Of a DNA stretch of 64,000 bases, positions 50,633-63,431 are shown piece after piece (the stretch's first letter is position 1; each line of letters opens with the position of its first letter). The stretch comes from Eremomyces bilateralis CBS 781.70. Lineage: Eukaryota. Made by a program: the position numbers and the translations under genes. The stretch lies in the NCBI GenBank assembly GCA_010015585.1, contig ML975162.1. One strand, given 5' to 3'. The notes under the pieces are model-generated. The model saw nothing but the letters and a program-made list of their open reading frames with translations. It did not search any database and was not told where the DNA came from.

Positions 50633-53600
50633 ATGGCGCGAAGCAACTTGAAAATGCGCGTCGCATTCGCGATTGCCGCGAGCTTCGTAAGTCCCACCAC
50701 ATATAGATTCCTCGCAGCCATACAATCCGACTGATCGTCAACAGCTATCACTCACCAGCGCCAATCCTCTATTATTGAAGCGCGCAGGCGAGATCCCCGA
50801 CCCCCTTCCCGAGGGATGGGAGTACGAAGGATGCTACACCGACGCGCAAGGCGCCCGCACGCTGAACGGACCGTACACCTTCAGCGCGACCGCGATGACC
50901 ATCGAGTCGTGCATCGCGTTCTGCCAGACGGGGGGTTACGTGTATGCGGGAACGGAGTATTCGGGGGAGTGCTGTACGTGCTGCGACGATTTTCATGGGA
51001 TCCTAAAAACTCCAGACTGAGCCCGGTGGAGGTTTCGGCAGACGAGGCTAACGGCGTGGTTTCGTAGATTGCGGCAACTCAATCGCAAACGGCGGCACGT
51101 TGCAGCCGGATTCGGAGTGCGGAATGACGTGCTCCGGCGACGTCGTGCAGGCGTGCGGCGGGCCGAATCGGTTGACGACGTTTAAATCGGACGCGATCCC
51201 GCCGCCGGATCCAGTGCATAACCCGGGCGTTGGTACGTGGAGTAGGCTCGGTTGCTATGCGTAAGTAACCCTGTGTAGTATCTCTGAGCAGTGAGACCCA
51301 GAACTGATCTGGCGGCAGCGAGGGAATCACCGGCCGGGTCTTGACGACGGGGATGGGTACGCCTGGGGGTGGAAGTGCGCTGACAGTAGCGCTGTGCACG
51401 AGTGCTTGCGCGGCCGGGAACTTCAAGTATGCAGGTGCCGAATACGGCGGGGAATGCTGTGAGTAGCCGGCTGGTGACGTTGACGATGTGAGGATATGTG
51501 CGCTGACAGAGGGGATAGTCTGCGGAAACACGATCGCTAATGGAGGTGGACCTGCTCCGGATGGTGATACCTATTGCAATATGCTGTGCAATGGTAACAA
51601 CGGGGAATATTGCGGTGGGCCGAACCGGCTTGACCTCTATGAGTATGCTTCCATTCCTCCTCTTTCAAGGTCTTATCAGCTTGGTGGAATTGCAGTTCGA
51701 GTATACCACGGCGCAAAACTGTGGCTGGACTGACCGTTGAATTCCAACAGGGACACCACCATCCCCACATCAACCATCTCCTCCTCCTCATCCACCGTGC
51801 CCACCCCAACAAGCACCGTTCTCCCCACCGGCTGGACCTACAAAGGTTGCTACGTCGACGGCCTCGCCGGCCGCATTCTCGCCCACCAACGCCCCGACAC
51901 CCCCACCCTCACCATCCCCTCCTGCATCGGCGCCTGCGTCTCCGCCGGCTACACCGCCGCAGGCCTCGAATACGGCGTGCAATGTTTCTGCGGCAACGAC
52001 CTCCGCAACGGCGGCGTGCTGGCCCCCTCGGAGACCGAGTGCGCGATGCCGTGCGCGGGCAATGCGGCGGAGATATGCGGCGGATCAAATCGGATGAGCA
52101 TCTATGCGAACGGGGAGCTGGTGGTATACCAGCCGCCGGCGCCACAGACGACGGGGTTGCCCGGGAACTGGGAGTATGAGGGGTGTTTGTTCGACGTGCA
52201 GGACAATCGGTCGCTGATGTATCTGATCACGTTGACAGAGAATACGGCGGAGACGTGCTTGTCGCTGTGTTCGGAGTATGGGTACGGGGCGGCTGGGATG
52301 GAGTATGGGAATGAGTGCTGGTGCGGGGATATGAAGACGGTCGAAGAGGCGGGCGCGCAGATGATGCCCGAGGCGGACTGTAACATGCCGTGCGCGGGCG
52401 ATCCGCAGCTGATCTGCGGGGCAGGCGGGCGCATCACGTTCTACACGTGGGGCGGCGCGCCGTTGAACGGGTGGGATTTCCCGACCGGAGCGGCGGCGGG
52501 CGAGTATCGGTTCCTGATCGGCGGGGTGGTGGTGCCGTTGATCACGACACCGGGGATCAACGGGAAAGTGACGTTCCTGGAGAAGTACGGCACGGGGGCG
52601 CCGAACACGACGGGGGCGTATGAGTTCGACCCGTTCTTCGATGACGACTTCGAGAACGCGTGGAGGGAGATGCATGTCTCGTCGGATGTGTTCTGCGCCG
52701 CAGGGTTGACGTTGCCGGACCGAGCGGGTCGGCAGTTGAATATTGGGGGTTGGGCGAATCTGGATACGTATGGCGTGCGGCTCTACTGGCCGGATGGACA
52801 ACCTGGGACGCCCGGGGTGAACGACTGGCATGAGAACAAAAACACGCTTCTGCTCCAAGCCGGGCGGTGGTACCCAACGGCCATGATGATGACGAACGGC
52901 TCGATTCTTGTCGTGGGTGGCCAGGTGGGCGCGAACGGAGCGCCAGTCCCCAACCTCGAGATCCTGCCGAAGCCGGTCGGCGGATACGTGAAGCACTGCG
53001 ATTGGTTGGAGCGGACGGATCCGTACAATCTCTATCCCTATCTCGCCGTCCTGCCGACGGGGGACATCTTCGTCGCGTATTACAACGAAGCGCGCATCTT
53101 GGATGAGTCGACGCTGGACACGGCTAGGACACTGCCGAACATCCCCGCGTCTGTGGATGATCCGAACGGCGGTCGTACGTACCCGTTCGAGGGCACCGCG
53201 GTGCTGATGCCGCAGTCTCCGCCGTACACTCAGCCGCTGGAGATCATGATCTGCGGCGGCTCGAATCCCGGCCCGGAGATCGGAATCGACAACTGTGTCT
53301 CGATACAGCCCGAAGTGGAGGAAGCAGAATGGGTCATCGAGCGCATGGTAAGTTACTCTTCGATGACAAAATCCCCACACTAACGGTCCAACAGCCATCC
53401 AAGCGCGTGGTGACCTGCATGACCGCCCTCCCCGACGGTACCTACCTCATCCTCAACGGCGGCCAACAAGGCGTCGCCGGCTTCGCCACCCTCAACCAAC
53501 CCAACCGCAACGCCGTCCTGTACGACCCCACGAAGCCGCGCCACTTCCGCATGTCCGTCATGGCCAACACCACCATCAACCGCCTCTACCACAGCGAAGC

Positions 53601-54093
53601 CGTCCTCCTGGACGACGGCCGCGTCCTCGTCTCCGGCTCCGATCCCCAGGACCCGCGCTTCGAGAACCTCGGCGAGGAGTATCGCGTCGAGGCGTTCCTG
53701 CCGCCGTATCTGCTTAACGGCAGCCCACGCCCGAGCTTCGTCATCACTGACCGCGACTGGGCATACGGCGATGCGGTGACGTTCACCGTGAGCTTGCCGG
53801 GAAGCACGGCGAATATGAAGGTCTCCCTGTTGGCGGCGGTGTCGTCGACGCACGGCAATAGCATGGGTCAGAGAACCATCTTCCCGGCGTTTACGTGCAC
53901 TTCCGCGACGAGCTGCATGGTCACGGCGCCGCCAAATGTGCATGTGGCGCCGCCGGCGTGGTGGCAAATGTTTGTTTTGTATAATGGGACGCCCAGCCAT
54001 GCGGCTTGGGTGCGTATCGGGGGGGATCCTGCGGGCTTGGGCGACTGGCCTGCCACAGGAGGATTCAGTTTGCCTGGCGTTGGGCCAGTCTGA
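50633..54093 (+). CDS. Secreted copper radical oxidase (AA5_1, glyoxal oxidase-like) with four N-terminal WSC domains, 7 exons
   Basis: A signal peptide [24 protein letters not shown] with a KR site is followed by four WSC repeats (GCY.D...C..FC...G.EY..EC.CG). Cofactor and Cu-ligand motifs are DVFCAAG, GRWYPT, RLYHSEA and SSTHGNS, and there is a C-terminal Ig-like domain ([11 protein letters not shown]). Confidence 0.95.
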
Positions 54094-55674
54094 CGGTGGT
54101 GTATAATCTTGATTTGCTTTTGGTCTTGAGGTGTATATGTTCAGTCGTCAAACATGGAGGTCGCCAGGTCGATGCCAGGGATTTGAGCATACCCGGGAGG
54201 AGGTTTACAGTAATTTGATAATGTATCTACGCTCCTTTGAGGCCTTGGTTCGGATAGGAAGCCATTGATGACTAATAACCAGAGTGTGATTCGGTATGAT
54301 TTGCCCACAGAATTGCAAACATGAAGTGATAATTAATCTTGGCTGGATTAGGCAAGCTGGATGATGCTGGCTCGAGCTTCGATCTTATCTTGCACCCAGT
54401 AGTGCTGACGTTGGCCTTGACAACGGCACGAACTTCGAGACGACTTTGATAGCATCATCACATGGAGGCAGCATGTGGAAACATCAACCCAATTACATCT
54501 TACGGGTATGAGTGGCTCGACAATAGCAAAACAAGTACTTGGAGATAATGGTAAGGAAGGATGACCTGACCGATTAATGAATAAGACGAAGGATTAAGTC
54601 AATGCGGGAACAACAAAGGCGAAATTGCGATTCAACGGGCAATCAAACATTCTGCACACAACCACTGGGGGAAGGCCGATGGGTTGTCAAAAGAGGCATT
54701 GGAGTCCAATTGATTTTCGACGCACAGCGGCATGGACGCGTATGGTCTGGCCCTGGACGCGACAGTGTTTTGCCAACACATGCTGGGTTGTCTGGGTGTT
54801 TCTGAGGTCGGCGGCAAGAGGGAGATGAATGGATGGTAAGGCTCAGAGGGAGAGAAACAGCACGGGGGCAAGGTTCCGGATCAATATGGAGTGATTGATA
54901 GATGAGGAACACGCAACGATAAGTTGGATGTATTCAATATCAATATTATTGTTGAGATCTTCTATCATGAATCAGGATCAACCATACGTAGTAGACATGA
55001 TTGATGAATTTAGATTTTCTTTGTGCCCGAGTAAGCAGTGCCGTGTCGATCTACGCCTTGACGCCTTGCACATCACGTGCTGACACCCAAACTGAAACAG
55101 CAACCGCAAACCAGCCAACCAGGCCGGGGTCAGACTGGCACCTTCCTAGCGGGCCACACCGACTCCGACGGCTCCCACGCCAAACCACTGGCATCACTTC
55201 CTGCACCAAACTGCGGCGTTCAGAAAGGGGCGTCCAATCCTCACCCTCACCACTCACCACTCACCACTCACCTCCACCACCTCACCACATCCCCGTTCAC
55301 CCTCCCTCACCACCACCACCCTCACCTCCATCCTCCTCTCCCAAGTCCATACGTACCCTCTATTCATCCTTCGGTCCCAGAGGAGCTTCAATTCTCCCTT
55401 TGTCCTCCCTTGCTTCCCTACGAGACGCGTCCCATTGTCGCGATCTGGCTGTCGCCCTCTACTCCTACTAGGGTCGTGTGTTTCCCCGTCAACTCACCCA
55501 TCGTGGATCGCTCCCCCCTTCAGGTTTCTGCTTTCACTCTCCATCCTTCTTTCTTCCGGACAGGATATTAACATTCGACCATCCTTCGAATCGCGCTGCA
55601 CGTTTCGGACCCTAATCGGTCCGCTTGACCATATCAAGCAACACCCGCTTCCTCCGAACCATCCTTTTGGAGGC

Positions 55675-58600
55675 ATGTCTTCAGCTGCCGTGTCAAACCG
55701 ACAGTTTCAACCATCTCCACATGCTCGCGATCAATACTACCCGCAACAAGGTCCGAATGTCGCGACTTCCCCAGCGTCGACGAGAAAAGCCGTGAGGTCC
55801 CACCCCGGTAGCAATGGCTCGTCAACACATTCTCCTCCGATAACATCACAACCTCACCACTCTCCTTCGGGCTCTCACGTTACTGGCGTGACCACTCCCC
55901 GTGCGCAACCCGCTCATCCATCATCCATCACGGCTCCGACCATGCAGACACCGCCTGGTTCAGCTGGACCGCCGATCGCGCCTCCTCCTCGTACCTCCTC
56001 ACACCGCGGCGCAACCACGACGCCGATGGATCCGCACGCAGCAACACGTAGAACAGATGAGCGGTCCGGCTCTTCCCGTCACCAAGCAGCGGCATCAAGT
56101 TCTGCTGCATCCCCCTCCACACATGAGCAACGAAGACGCACCCATCACTCCCCGCGGGATGCTCCCGCTCAACAACCAGGAAGTTCTAGTGGTAGTCGGT
56201 CAAAGCAAAGTCCAGGCCACAGTCGTTCCGAAACGCACGTCGGCGGCACGAACTTACCGCACGAAGACAGCACCATCATCAATCGGGTGGTCACATCGGA
56301 TCCGCAAGAGGACCTGGCTCGCGAACAAGAGCGCATGCAAGAGGCACGGCCAATTCCGAAAGCCGAATCATCGAAAGCCGGCAATGCTGCTGATCCTGCT
56401 GAGGGTACCAGCCGCTCGGGTAGGAGCAGGCAAGATCACTCAAAGTCTGAGCGGCGCAAAGAGACCAAATTTGGTGATTATATCCTGGGCCAGACGATCG
56501 GCGAGGGCGAGTTTGGAAAGGTCAAGATGGGCTGGAAACGAGAAGGCGGTGTACAGGTCGCCATCAAGCTCATCCGACGCGAATCGCTCGGAACAAACCC
56601 CAGCCGACTACCCAAAATCCACCGGGAAATCGCCATTCTTGGACAATTACAACATCCAAACATCGTGCGATTACACGAGATGGTGGAGACCGAACGACAC
56701 ATTGGCATCATCTTGGAGTACGCCTCTGGCGGCGAGTTGTTCGACTACATTCTAAACCACCGATACCTGAAAGACAACGCGGCGCGGCGGCTCTTCGCAC
56801 AATTGGTGTCCGGAGTGGGCTACCTGCACAAGAAAGGGATCATCCACCGCGATCTCAAGCTGGAGAATCTACTGCTAGACCGCAATCGGAACATCATCAT
56901 CACCGATTTTGGCTTTGCCAACACCTTCAACCCACACGATGAGCTTGACGACGAGATCGAGCTGAATCTAGGTAACCGCGACTTCGTGAAACGAGCCGGA
57001 CTGGACAACCTGGGACCGGACGGACACAGACGAGGCGATCTCATGCAGACCAGCTGCGGTAGCCCGTGTTATGCAGCTCCTGAACTGGTGGTGAGCGATT
57101 CGTTGTACACTGGTCGCAAGGTCGATGTGTGGAGTTGCGGCGTTATTTTGGTAAGTCTCCGATGGTGTACCAAACAACTTGGATATGCGCCCACGCTAAC
57201 CGATTCGGGCAGTACGCGATGTTGGCCGGGTACCTGCCCTTCGACGACGACCCCGCTAATCCCGATGGTGACAATATCAACCTCCTCTACAAATACATTG
57301 TTTCCACGCCATTGACGTTCCCCGAATATGTCACCCCTCATGCTCGCGATCTGCTCAAGCGCATTCTCGTCCCTGACCCACGCAAGCGAGCCGATTTGTT
57401 CGAGGTTGCGAGACACAGTTGGCTGAGTGAGTACTCCCATGTCGTTGGTTTCATCACCAGTAGTACGACCACAACCAACGATATTGCCAATACCACTGTC
57501 CCGGCCCGTAAGTCTTTGAATTTCATTTCCAACTTGCAATTGGTGGACACGCATGACTTACACATTTATTAGAAGATAACTACGAGACGCCATCACTCGC
57601 TCGCAGTGCCTCCGTACGTGAGCCGACGAAACCCCATGCTCCTGTCTCTCCAGTCGGTGGTCTTGCTTCGAAACAAGGCACGATCGACCAGACCGAGCCG
57701 GACGAGCGGACGAAGCAGAGAGACGCCAAGCGACGGACGGTGCAGGTTGAGTATGTCGCGCCGAGTTCCTCGACTCAACGTGGCGATGGCGCGCAGCCGA
57801 CAACAACCCTTCCGGCCCGAACACGCACTCATAACCAGGGGTTTGTCGAAGCCGAACGTATTGATCCAGCGCGATCCTCCGCGATGCCAGACCGAAAGTC
57901 AGAGCGATCTGCTCGTCCTCCTCAGCGAGCTACGTCAGATTCCCGTGCGCTCGACAATTTCGCATCAACTTCGGCGACCCGTCCATCTACTGGTGGCTCT
58001 ATAAGCGGTGCACGACTCCCTTCCCGGGGAAACTCATATGGTCTGCCATCAGAAGCCACCGTCGCGCAAACCAACGTCACTGGTCATTTCTCGCAACCTC
58101 CACGTGGTAAACAATACAGCATGTCCGGTCCTCCGCCGATGGAGGAGATATCCATCGGCCGTCCCAGCACTCAGCGACGCCCCTCGAACTACGACCAGCT
58201 GGAGCAGAAACAACTAGCCCCTCACCGTGGCCACAAGCGGTCCAGCACCCTTAGTGGTATGACCGATAGGCTCTTCGGCCGCAGCGGCTCCATCTTCGGT
58301 GGCGCTCGCCCTTCCCACGATGTGAATCGGGAGAAAAAGAGCTACCCACCCACGAGCATGCCGCAATCGGTCGCGAACGACGAGCGGGGTCCGCCTCGTA
58401 AAAGTACGGAGAGCCGTCGCACCAGCTTCGCCTTCCACCGCAACACCAGCAACCAGGACACCTCCGCACCCGCCTCATCCACTAAAGGCGCCCGCCGCTT
58501 CTCCTCCCTCTTCTCCTCCTCCAATCTCATGGGCAAGCTCGGCGGCACCGCCTCCAAAGACCACCCCCTCCCCCCCGGCTCCTCCCAATCCTCCGACCCC

Positions 58601-59257
58601 CGCATCGCCGGCCCCCCCCGCCGCGCCTCCCGCCCCGGCACCAACCCCACCCCCACCACCTACCCCCGCAACGACACCCGCTCCGCCAGCGACGGAACCA
58701 CCGCCAGCATGCCGCCCCCGGTCACCACCCACCCTTACCCCGACGGCCCCCGCGCCGACCACCCCCTCCGCACTGCCACCACCGCCAGCACCCCCAGCTC
58801 CGCACCCCCGGGCCTCTCCCACTTCCGCGCCAGCGGTTTCGCTCCGCACCCCGACTACGACCATGATGACTCCGACGACGGCGGCCGCTACGCGCGACAT
58901 CCCGAGGCGTTCTACCGCACCCCGCACAACACGACAGGATACCCAACGCCGCCATCCCAGGCGCAGCATAACTCTCACGCACAGAACTCCTCGCACAACT
59001 CCGCGCGACTAGACGGCTACGCGGACCCGAGTCCGCGCGCCCCTGCGCCGGGGATGTATCCCTCAGGCTTCAACTCGGAGGAGCGGATGGGCGGCCCGAG
59101 GACGCGGGAGAGCGCGAGGGAGCGGGAGGGGCGCGGGGTGCTGCAGAAGAGCAATCGGCGGTTCGGGGAGGAGTATGAGGGGCATGCGGGAAGTAGTGGG
59201 GCGGCGAGGCGGGTGATGGATTTTTTCCGGAGGCGGAGGGCGAGGGACGAGGAGTAG
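55675..59257 (+). CDS. KIN4: Ser/Thr protein kinase of the Kin4/Ppk1/KfsA type, 3 exons
   Basis: [85 protein letters not shown] and the C-terminal [12 protein letters not shown]. The ATG is at 55675. Confidence 0.9.
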
Positions 59258-60130
59258 GATGTTGAGGGTTGAGCGAGGGCGAAGCAGGGCGGATCTGGGT
59301 GTTTGGGCGTCTATTTTCCGTCGTCTTTTTTCTTCGCTTCTCTGCGGCGTACCGTCCCAGCTGTCTGTTTATTCCGGAGTATTTTCTTCCTTTCCTTCGC
59401 AGGGTCCCGGGTCCGGGTCATACAGACCGAGGGTTTTGAGGTTTTGTCCGCGTTTTCCAATACCAAATTCGCCGCTTCTTGTCGTCCGCGTCCATTCCCA
59501 TTCCATCTGGGTTGGGCTTTGTCGGATGTTTATATCGAACTTTCCGGGGCTTACATACCGTATAGTATTGTACCTTTTTCCCGTTCCATAATGTGTTGCG
59601 AACCTTTGATACATATGGTGCAACATCGGCGTGTTCTTCTGCTTCTGTATTTAAGTACGTACCATACCGGCGCACGCGTCGCGGTCGAGCTCGTTCTACA
59701 CGTGGTTTCTTTCTCGAGACGATATTCACCCTTCGTTATACGCGGTGGTGGAATTCTATATTCTGTGGCTGGCCGCCCTGCGAATACTTTTCGTCTTGCC
59801 ATATAAACAAACTCCTGTTGTCGGTTCGACCGATGTTCCGCGTGCGTTCTAGGGATCTCCTCTCTCTCACCCCTCTGCATGGTTACTCTATTCAAGGTTT
59901 TATTCGCTACCACGCTTGGAGCGGCCAGTGGACGGAAGTGAGCGAGCCCTGTTTCATAGCTGGATCTATATAGAGCAAGGGAGATGTTTCATTCATCTAC
60001 TACCTATCCATTGCTGAAGCGCGATTGGTTTGATATGCACAGTGATTTGTTGACGCTTATACTACACTTGATTTTTGCCATAATATAATTCGCTCGCTGT
60101 TCTCGACATCGTCACCGTATGCCTTCTCCC

Positions 60131-61198
60131 TTATTCCGTGTAAGGCGGCGGCATGTCCATCCGTGGCCCATCGTATGTCTCGGTATAATACGCGAAGGTA
60201 TCGCTCCCTGGATGCCGATCGTCGTCGGTGAGGCCGGTGGCGTTGGAGTAGCCGTCCTGGGGCGCCTCGACGCTCTTCTCGGCTGGGTAGTCATACTTTT
60301 CCTTCTCCGGGGGGAAGCGCTCTGGAGTTGGTTCGCGTGGTCGATAGACGGAACTAGGGCCACCGCTCCTGGGCCCTCCGGCGAATGGGTATCCGGCCTC
60401 GCTTGGGGCTCTTGAAGTGGTGGGTGTTAGGATGATCGTCGAATCGGTATAGGTTTTATTCTGTCCAACGTTATTGGCATCCACCATGGTGATTTTGCAG
60501 TGTCCTCAGATCAGTTCACTTACCGCATCCGCTCTCTTCTCCCACTCTTCCCTACTAACGTCCACCACCTCTTCATCCTTCCTCACCCTCCCCACCAAGT
60601 TCCCTCGGTCCCACACCCCATTCCTCAACACCCGCCCCTTGAAACTCGACCGACTAATCTGACACCCCTCCACCTCACACTCCGTAATCTCTCCCCTCTC
60701 CACCCTCGATCCCACCACCAAACTCCCCTTCACCTGACTCCTCGACACCCACGTCTTCCCCTCCCCTCGCTCCCTCCCCTCCCTCCCCGCAACAACCGAG
60801 CTCCCCACCACCTGACTCCTCTCCACCACCACCCCCCGCCCCATCACCTCCGCCCCCTTCACCACGCTCCGCTCCACCGTCGCCCCCTCCACCACGCTCT
60901 GCTCCACCTCCGCCCCTTCCACCTTTGCCGCCGCCGATATTTTACTGTCTTTCACGGTGCTGCGCTCGATGTGCACGTCGCTGAGCGCGCTGCTGCGGAG
61001 GAAGGAGCGCTCGATGGTGGATTTATAGGGTGAGTTGGAGTGGAAGTCGGCGGGGTTGTCCGGGTTGGCGCCGGAGGTGAGGGTGATGGAGGAGAGGGTG
61101 GAGCGGTCAATGCGAGTGGCGGAGGTGAGGTTAGTGAAGGTACAGTGTTTGAGGTCGCTGCGGTCGATGGAGGGATTGGCGGCGGGGTTGGAGGACAT
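60131..61198 (-). CDS. Hypothetical protein with pentapeptide-periodic (beta-helix-like) repeats and a C-terminal PPPY motif, 2 exons
   Basis: Exon 1 (61198-60524) repeats [IV]-[DES]-R-S-x-[LV]. A GTAAGT...CAG intron at 60523-60461 joins it in phase 0 to ORF 60131-60487, which ends MDMPPPYTE. Confidence 0.75.
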
Positions 61199-61787
61199 GG
61201 TGCGTGGGGGGATGGGAGAGGAGGATGGGAGGGACGGAGGATCGGGAAGACGGAGCATTTTTCAACGTTGGGGATGTTGTTGAGATATTTGGAGATGTGA
61301 TTATGATCTGGACGTGGTTAGGTGATTTGTGAGGAGTGGACTTGTTGTTGACTTGGGACTTGGATACGGATGAAGACCAAGCGATGGACTTGCTTTTATC
61401 TACTTGATCATATTTCCGCTACTACACGTCCTGCTATGGACCGCGTGGACTGATTCCCGTATTCGTTAGATTCATCGACAGTGGTCCAGGGTTGGATGTG
61501 CGGCTTGCGTGGTGACGACCAAGCCTCAGTGCGGCCGGACAGGGGATTACGCAGCCCTACGCGTCTGCTCCCTTCCTAGAAATATTCGAGACATTGCAAT
61601 GCACAAGCTGAGCTTAAAGATGACGTCCCAGTTCAGCGGAATAATTGCTGAAGGCAGATTAAAATGAATATGAATATGAACCAATGAAGCCACCACAGGT
61701 CAATAGGTATGAAGTCCCTCAATTCGTAACCCATCATTCGTCATCCCCGACCAATGGCCCGTCAAACCCTAGGAGAATCGCGCGAAA

Positions 61788-63431
61788 CTATTGGAACCTA
61801 TCCCCCTTCTCAGGCGGGTATTGTCCCTGAAGTGCTTGCCCTCCCAACGGCTCACCCACGCCGCTGGAGTACGCAGGCGGCGCTTGATTCCCATGCCCAA
61901 TAGCACCACCCGGTGCAGACGCTCCACCAACGCTCGGCTGATACCCCCCGTGCCTATCATTCGACACCCCTTGCTTCTCATTCTGCATCTGCTGCTGGAA
62001 CTCCTGGGGCACCTGCCCACCGTCCCCGCCTCCAACGACCACCTCTCCTCCGCCTTTGACGCGTCCAACCACCATCCCTTTGGCCACGCTCTTCAGCACC
62101 GCGCGACGAGACACGCCGGTCACGTCGATATAGACAAGCCCACAGTTCTTGACGCCGCCCGCGAGCTCCGCCGTCAACCCGCCGGCCTCGGCGCCATACC
62201 GGTGCCCGACCATCTGCGTTGCCGCCGCTCCGCCGCTCGTCAGCAGCCGCGTGCCACCGTATGCGATCCCGTCCGCGACCGTGCTGAATGCAATCATGCT
62301 CTTGTTCAGCAAGCCCGGCTTGTAGTTCTCGTTCTTGTACGGATTCCCCTTCTCGTCGTAGCCGATCTTGGATTCTTTCGTGCCGCGGCTCGCCAACTTG
62401 GCGCCGATGTTCTGGGTGATGTGGCTGAGCTGCCCGACCGTCTTGGAGGAAAGGCCGGCCGCGCCGCCGGTGAATTGGTTGATTTTGCGGACGCGCGCGT
62501 GGGTGTTGGGCTTGAAGTTCAAGGCTTTGTTGGCGGGCTTGGTCTTCGTGGTGAAGTTCTCGGCAGTGGATGCCATGAAATTCGAGACGTGGGAGGTTGC
62601 GGTTACGATAAGGCGAGATGCAGCTGCGGCATTCTGTACCATGGAGCTGTCGCGGTAGGCCGGGTGTCGAGCCATCTCCAGATACTCCTCCGAAATTGCC
62701 TGGACGTAGATATGATTGCCATCTTCGGAGACTTGGATCTCCACGGGAGCTGGAAACAGTCAGATCAGAACCAAGGACGGATGGAAATAGATACCCGTAC
62801 TTTTTGTGCCATGCTTGAGCTTAGGATCCTCAATGACTGCAGCACCTTCGCCAAGCTCCCCAACAATGCTTCCGTTCTCTTCATCGATCAACACAACTTG
62901 ACCGGGCATTCCACCGCCAGTACCTGCCGCATATCCCTCACCAGGTTTGAAGTTTGAAGGATTATACCCGTGGAGCCCCTTCTCAGGTGCTGGCGCTTTC
63001 TCCCGTTCCAAGAACGCCGTACACTGTGCGAGAATGGTCTCGAAGGTATCGATATCATCTTGCGTTACGGGATTCGGCCCTTTTCCCAGCGGAGGGAACT
63101 CAATTCGTGTAAAGGCGCCGGACTCTGGACCTAGATCCCAACGAGGAATCAAGTAGGAGTTCGGCGGTTGGTGGTAGATCTGTGTGGTCGCGGGGAGGGA
63201 GAGTTCAAGCTCGGGCGGGAGGTTCAGGTGAAGGTAGAAGTCGTCCTCGGGGACCTCAGCTTGTGTATTGCTGTTGGAGGGGTCGGAAAATGGGCTCGAC
63301 GTGGGGACCATGAGGAGCGAGAGGGTTTGCGGCCCAGAGGGGGTAAGGCTCGATTCTTCGCCATTCTGAATATGGTACGCTTTGATACCCGATATTGTGA
63401 AGAGAACGCGAGGATCATGATGTCCAGACAT
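61788..63431 (-). CDS. Spartin/senescence-associated domain protein, 2 exons
   Basis: MSGHHDPRVLFTISGIKAY, LSLLMVPT, FETILAQCTAF, VLIDEENGSIVGEL, then the senescence domain LLNKSMIAFST...VGHRYG.EAG...LVYIDVTGVSRRAVLK and PPAY in the tail. One short intron lies near 62750-62800. Confidence 0.85.

Noticed and set aside
52085..53398. 437-aa minus-strand ORF, and similar long frames at 61791-62957, 22443-23267 and 17531-18334
   Set aside because: Antisense to well-supported GC-rich genes, with no protein motifs.
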